From assembly GCA_030066755.1 (NCBI GenBank), contig JASJAX010000006.1:10583-74582 (forward strand): a stretch of 64,000 nt of DNA, written 5' to 3'. The notes under the pieces are model-generated. The model made no database searches. It saw nothing but the letters and a program-made list of their open reading frames with translations, and was not told the DNA's origin. This document shows positions 60,224-64,000 of the stretch, one piece after another. A program made the translations under genes and the position numbers. How positions within the stretch are numbered: position 1 is the first letter of the stretch; each line of letters opens with the position of its first letter. The stretch comes from Acidimicrobiia bacterium. Lineage in GTDB: Bacteria; Actinomycetota; Acidimicrobiia; Spongiisociales; UBA5794.

Positions 60224-61831
60224 CTGAGATACGGTTTCGTCATCGACCAGACCACGTGCATCGGCTGTCACGCGTGCACCGTCGCCTGCAAGACCGAGCA
60301 CGAGGTGCCGCTCGGCGTGAACCGCACGTGGGTGAAGTACGTCGAGAAGGGTGCGTGGCCCGACACGAAGCGGTTCTTCTCGGTGATGCGCTGCAACCAT
60401 TGCAGTGACGCGCCGTGCGTCGACATCTGCCCGACCACGGCCCTCTTCAAGCGCACCGACGGCATCGTGGACTTCGACACCGACCGGTGCATCGGATGCA
60501 AGTCGTGTATGCAGGCCTGTCCGTACGACGCCCTCTACATCGACCCGGGCGAGCACACCGCTCAGAAGTGCAACTACTGCGTACATCGAGTCGAGGTGGG
60601 GATCGAACCGGCATGTGTGGTGGTGTGCCCCGAACAAGCGATCATCGCCGGTGACCTGGACGACCCGACGACGAAGATCGCTCAAATGGTGAAGACCGAG
60701 CGGCTCTATCAGCGTGCGCCAGAGCAGGGCACGAGCCCCAACCTCTGGTACCGCGGGGTCGAGGAGGCCAACATCGATCCACTCGTCGCCGCCGACCCCG
60801 GTGACGGTGGCGTGTGGAAGGACCCTGCCCGCTCATGGCTGTCCGTGGATCTGACGCCGCCGACGGTGTCCCCGGACACGGCACAGGTGGCGCCGAATGC
60901 ACCACCACGCGTCGAGTACGACGGCCCCAAGGGTGCGCCGCGGGTTGTCTACAACACCGACCACCCGATGCCGTGGGGTTGGAGAGTTTCGAGCTACTTC
61001 CTCACCAAGGGCATTGCCGCAGGGTTGGTGATTCCACTCGCGCTGGCGTTGATCTTCGGTAGCAATGAACGAGACTTCTCCGGCGCTGACTCCGCCTGGG
61101 CTCTGTGGGGCGTGCCGCTGTTCGCCGGCTTGTTCCTCGCGCTCACCGGAGCCCTGCTGGTGTGGGACTTGAAGCGCCCCGACCGGTTCTACTACCTGCT
61201 CACCAAGGGCAATCCCGGTTCGTGGCTGGTTCGCGGCGCGTGGATCCTGAGTGCGTTTGCCGGAGTCGTTGCGCTGTGGTTCTTACTCGGCGTCTTCGAT
61301 GTGGGCGGTGACGATGCGATCACGGTGCTGGCTGCGATCGCCGCCGTCATCGGGCTCGGCGTTGCGGGATACACCGCGCTGCTCTTCGGCCAGGCCGAGG
61401 CGCGTGACCTCTGGCAGAGCCCGATGCTGCTGTGGCACATGCTCGCCGGTGCGTTGGCCGCCGGCGGCGGGGCCGGGCTCGTTTTCGGTTTGGTCTTCGA
61501 TCTCAGCGCCGGCACCGAACGCTGGTACGCCGGGTCGATGGTCGTCGGTGCTGCCGCACTCGGCCTGATCGCGCTCGTCGAGCTGATGTCAAAGCACCCG
61601 ACCCGCAATATCACGGAGGCGATGCACCACATGACGCACGGCGCGTACGCCCGTGAATGGTGGATCGGTGGCCAGCTCGTCGGCGTCGTTGTTCCCGTCG
61701 TGCTCGGCCTGGTGTTCCTCTCCGGCGCCGGTCTGTGGACGGGTGCCATCGGGGGCCTCGCTGCGTGTGCCGGGATCTGGTTCGCCGACGATGCGTTCGT
61801 GAAGGCCGGCCAGAGCGTTCCGCTTTCCTGA
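60224..61831 (+). CDS. fused 4x[4Fe-4S] ferredoxin (PsrB/NrfC-like) and NrfD/PsrC-like membrane anchor subunit
   Basis: The frame reads (L)RYGFVIDQTTCIGCHACTVAC...CNHCSDAPCVDICP...CIGCKSCMQACP...CNYCVHRV, four Cys clusters. Eight TM helices follow, with DLKRPDRF (NrfD motif). The only start consistent with keeping the first cluster is CTG 60224, 7 nt after SD GGAGGA (60211-60216). The in-frame stop is at 60146. Confidence 0.7.
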   Translation: MRYGFVIDQTTCIGCHACTVACKTEHEVPLGVNRTWVKYVEKGAWPDTKRFFSVMRCNHCSDAPCVDICPTTALFKRTDGIVDFDTDRCIGCKSCMQACPYDALYIDPGEHTAQKCNYCVHRVEVGIEPACVVVCPEQAIIAGDLDDPTTKIAQMVKTERLYQRAPEQGTSPNLWYRGVEEANIDPLVAADPGDGGVWKDPARSWLSVDLTPPTVSPDTAQVAPNAPPRVEYDGPKGAPRVVYNTDHPMPWGWRVSSYFLTKGIAAGLVIPLALALIFGSNERDFSGADSAWALWGVPLFAGLFLALTGALLVWDLKRPDRFYYLLTKGNPGSWLVRGAWILSAFAGVVALWFLLGVFDVGGDDAITVLAAIAAVIGLGVAGYTALLFGQAEARDLWQSPMLLWHMLAGALAAGGGAGLVFGLVFDLSAGTERWYAGSMVVGAAALGLIALVELMSKHPTRNITEAMHHMTHGAYAREWWIGGQLVGVVVPVVLGLVFLSGAGLWTGAIGGLAACAGIWFADDAFVKAGQSVPLS

Positions 61832-61847
61832 GGAGGATGACGACACC

Positions 61848-64000
61848 ATGACGACGCAGCGGGACGATCGTATCCCCCGTCTCCTCCCGGGGAGCGAGCT
61901 GACCAACTTCCCACCGCCGGACCGGTGGGACGACTGGGTCGAGTACGACGCACGGGCCTGGCCGAATCGGGTGACCCACGAGTACCGACTCGTGCCGACG
62001 ACGTGTTTCAACTGCGAGTCCGCGTGCGGGCTGCTCGCGTACGTCGACAAGGAGACGGGTGACGTTCGCAAGTTCGAAGGTAATCCCGCGCATCCAGGAA
62101 GTCGCGGCCGCAACTGTGCCAAGGGTCCCGCGACGATCAACCAGATGTACGACCCGGAGCGGATCCTCCACCCGATGCGTCGCGTCGGCGAGCGGGGTTC
62201 GGGCCAGTGGGAGCAGGTCAGCTGGGAGGAGGCGCTCCAGGACATCGCCGGTCGGATGCGCACCGCCATCCAGGAGGGACGTCAGGACGAGATCATGTAT
62301 CACGTCGGGCGGCCCGGCGAAGACGGGTTCATGGATCGCACGCTCAAGGCCTGGGGCGTCGACGGGCACAACAGCCACACGAACATCTGCTCGTCGGGAG
62401 CCCGCACCGGCTATGCCATGTGGATGGGTCACGATCGACCGTCAGCCGACTTCGCCAACGCCCGGTTCATCCTCCTGCTGTCATCGCACCTCGAGACCGG
62501 CCACTACTTCAACCCCCACGCCCAGCGGATCATGGAGGGGAAGCAGTCCGGAGCGAAACTCGCCACCATCGATCCGAGGCTCTCGAACACGGCGTCGATG
62601 TCGGACTACTGGCTGTCGCCGTGGCCGGGGACTGAGGCTTCGATCCTCCTCGCCATCGCCAATCTCCTGCTCGAGTGGGATGCGGTCGACCACACGTTCA
62701 TGAAACGCTGGGTCGACTGGGAGGGCGCGCTCGAGGCGAAGGCCCCGGGCGAGCCGAAGACGTACGAGCGGTTTGTCCAACTCCTCCGTGACACCTACGC
62801 CGGCTACACGGTGGAGTTCGCCGCAGCGGAGTCTGGCGTCGATGCCGAGCGGATCGATGCGGTGGCGCGAGGCATCGCCGAGGCCGGACACCAGTTTGCG
62901 TCGCACACGTGGCGGTCGGCCGGCTCAGGCAACCTCGGTGGTTGGCAAGTCGCCCGATGCCTGTGGTTCCTCCACGTGCTCACGGGCGCCGTCGGCACGC
63001 GTGGCGGGACCTCGCCGAGTGCGTGGGACAAGTTCAAGCCCGCGCACTGGAACATGCCGCCGCCGCACAGCCGATGGAACGAGCTGCTGTGGCCCAAGGA
63101 GTACCCGTTCAGCCACCACGAGCTCTCGATCCTGCTCCCGCATCTCTTGAAGGAGGGCCGCGGCAAGGTCGACGTGTACTTCAGCCGCGTCTACAACCCG
63201 ATCTGGACCAACCCGGACGGGTTCTCGTGGCTCGAGGCGTTGACCGACGAGTCGAAGGTCGGGTTGCACGTGGCGATGACGCCGACGTGGTCCGAAACGG
63301 CCTGGTTCGCCGACTACGTCCTGCCCATGGGGGTGGCCTCAGAGCGTCACGACACCCATTCCTATGAAACCCACGCCGGCCGCTGGCTCGGTTTCCGCCA
63401 GCCGGTCTTGCGGGTCGCAGCCGAGCGTGATGGCAAGCAGTTCGATCGCACCTACGAGGCCAACCCCGGAGAGGTGTGGGAAGAAACGGAGTTCTGGATC
63501 GACCTGTCCTGGCGCATCGACCCGGACGGATCGCTCGGGATCAAGGAGTGGTTCCAGTCGCCGAATGACCCCGATCGGCCGGTGTCGGTCGACGAGTACT
63601 ACGGATGGATGTTCGAGAACAGTGTGCCCGGTCTCCCCGAGAAGGCGGCGGCCGAAGGGATCACTCCGCTCCAGTTCATGCGGAAGTACGGCGCCGTCGA
63701 AGTGGAGAAGGACATCTACAAGGTCCACGAGCGCCCGGCGGCCGCCGACGCTCCAGGGGTGACCGTTGAGGGTGATCGGAAGACCGGCTTCAACTCGCCG
63801 AGCCGCAAGCTCGAGTGGTACTCGCAAACGATGGACGAGTGGGGGTGGCACGAGGAAGCGATTCCGACCTACCTCAAGACGCACGTCTACTGGCGCGACC
63901 TCGACCTGGCCGGCAACGAACGGGTCCTGTTGCCGATCTTCCGGCTCCCGACGCTCATCCACACCCGGTCCGGCAACGCCAAGTACCTGTACGAGATCAG
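61848..64000 (+). CDS. molybdopterin (bis-MGD) oxidoreductase catalytic subunit, no Tat signal (3' end outside window)
   Basis: The N-terminal CFNCESACGLLAYVD...GRNCAKG is the MopB [4Fe-4S] motif. HTNICSSG may be the Mo-ligand region. There is no RRxFLK motif. SD GGAGGA lies at 61832-61837. Confidence 0.8.
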   Translation, partial: MTTQRDDRIPRLLPGSELTNFPPPDRWDDWVEYDARAWPNRVTHEYRLVPTTCFNCESACGLLAYVDKETGDVRKFEGNPAHPGSRGRNCAKGPATINQMYDPERILHPMRRVGERGSGQWEQVSWEEALQDIAGRMRTAIQEGRQDEIMYHVGRPGEDGFMDRTLKAWGVDGHNSHTNICSSGARTGYAMWMGHDRPSADFANARFILLLSSHLETGHYFNPHAQRIMEGKQSGAKLATIDPRLSNTASMSDYWLSPWPGTEASILLAIANLLLEWDAVDHTFMKRWVDWEGALEAKAPGEPKTYERFVQLLRDTYAGYTVEFAAAESGVDAERIDAVARGIAEAGHQFASHTWRSAGSGNLGGWQVARCLWFLHVLTGAVGTRGGTSPSAWDKFKPAHWNMPPPHSRWNELLWPKEYPFSHHELSILLPHLLKEGRGKVDVYFSRVYNPIWTNPDGFSWLEALTDESKVGLHVAMTPTWSETAWFADYVLPMGVASERHDTHSYETHAGRWLGFRQPVLRVAAERDGKQFDRTYEANPGEVWEETEFWIDLSWRIDPDGSLGIKEWFQSPNDPDRPVSVDEYYGWMFENSVPGLPEKAAAEGITPLQFMRKYGAVEVEKDIYKVHERPAAADAPGVTVEGDRKTGFNSPSRKLEWYSQTMDEWGWHEEAIPTYLKTHVYWRDLDLAGNERVLLPIFRLPTLIHTRSGNAKYLYEI

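Noticed and set aside
61848-64000. Selenocysteine or Tat signal in the MopB subunit
   Set aside because: The whole visible reading frame translates without an internal stop. The N-terminus has no twin-arginine consensus.

Overview
This is a high-GC (about 68-70%) chromosomal segment that looks actinobacterial, probably Acidimicrobiia-like. The indicators are an LCP protein, apolipoprotein N-acyltransferase (Lnt), a PAC2 protein, an F420-type PPOX enzyme and a PIG-L deacetylase. It is gene-dense, with roughly 70 CDS and frequent 4-8 nt start/stop overlaps. There are no rRNA, tRNA, CRISPR or obvious mobile elements.

Main blocks, in order:
- 1-7000: a deoxysugar / surface-glycan locus. It contains a GT2 C-terminus, a sulfotransferase, a flippase-like membrane protein, a single-domain NDP-hexose 2,3-dehydratase homolog, a Gfo/Idh/MocA ketoreductase-like enzyme, a DegT-family sugar aminotransferase and a polytopic membrane protein.
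- 8100-13440: a group-3b (sulfhydrogenase-type) [NiFe]-hydrogenase operon, hyhB-(cNMP-binding gene)-hyhG-hyhS-hyhL, followed by an endopeptidase and a HypA-like stub.
- 18258-20738: a copZ-copA copper efflux pair.
- 20838-50000: mixed metabolism genes, including a radical-SAM enzyme, cysteine synthase, an ABC-2 exporter, MetB and IlvD.
- 57700-64000: a sulfur-oxidation / detoxification cluster. It comprises an ArsR regulator, a rhodanese-persulfide-dioxygenase fusion, DsrE-like and TusA-like proteins, a fused FeS+NrfD subunit and a Tat-less molybdopterin oxidoreductase.

Three findings stand out:
- Two small genes are split by in-frame TGA codons. Each has a SECIS-like hairpin 11-14 nt downstream, so both are candidate selenoproteins. 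One is SelW/Rdx-like (44812-45048, +). The other is HesB/IscA-like (27923-28216, -).
- A dispersed family of tandem heptanucleotide repeats, often beside GC hairpins, occupies about 15 intergenic spacers.
- The sulfur-cluster genes show unusual fusions, and a probable CTG start.

Coordinates were reconstructed by hand and may be off by 1-3 nt.
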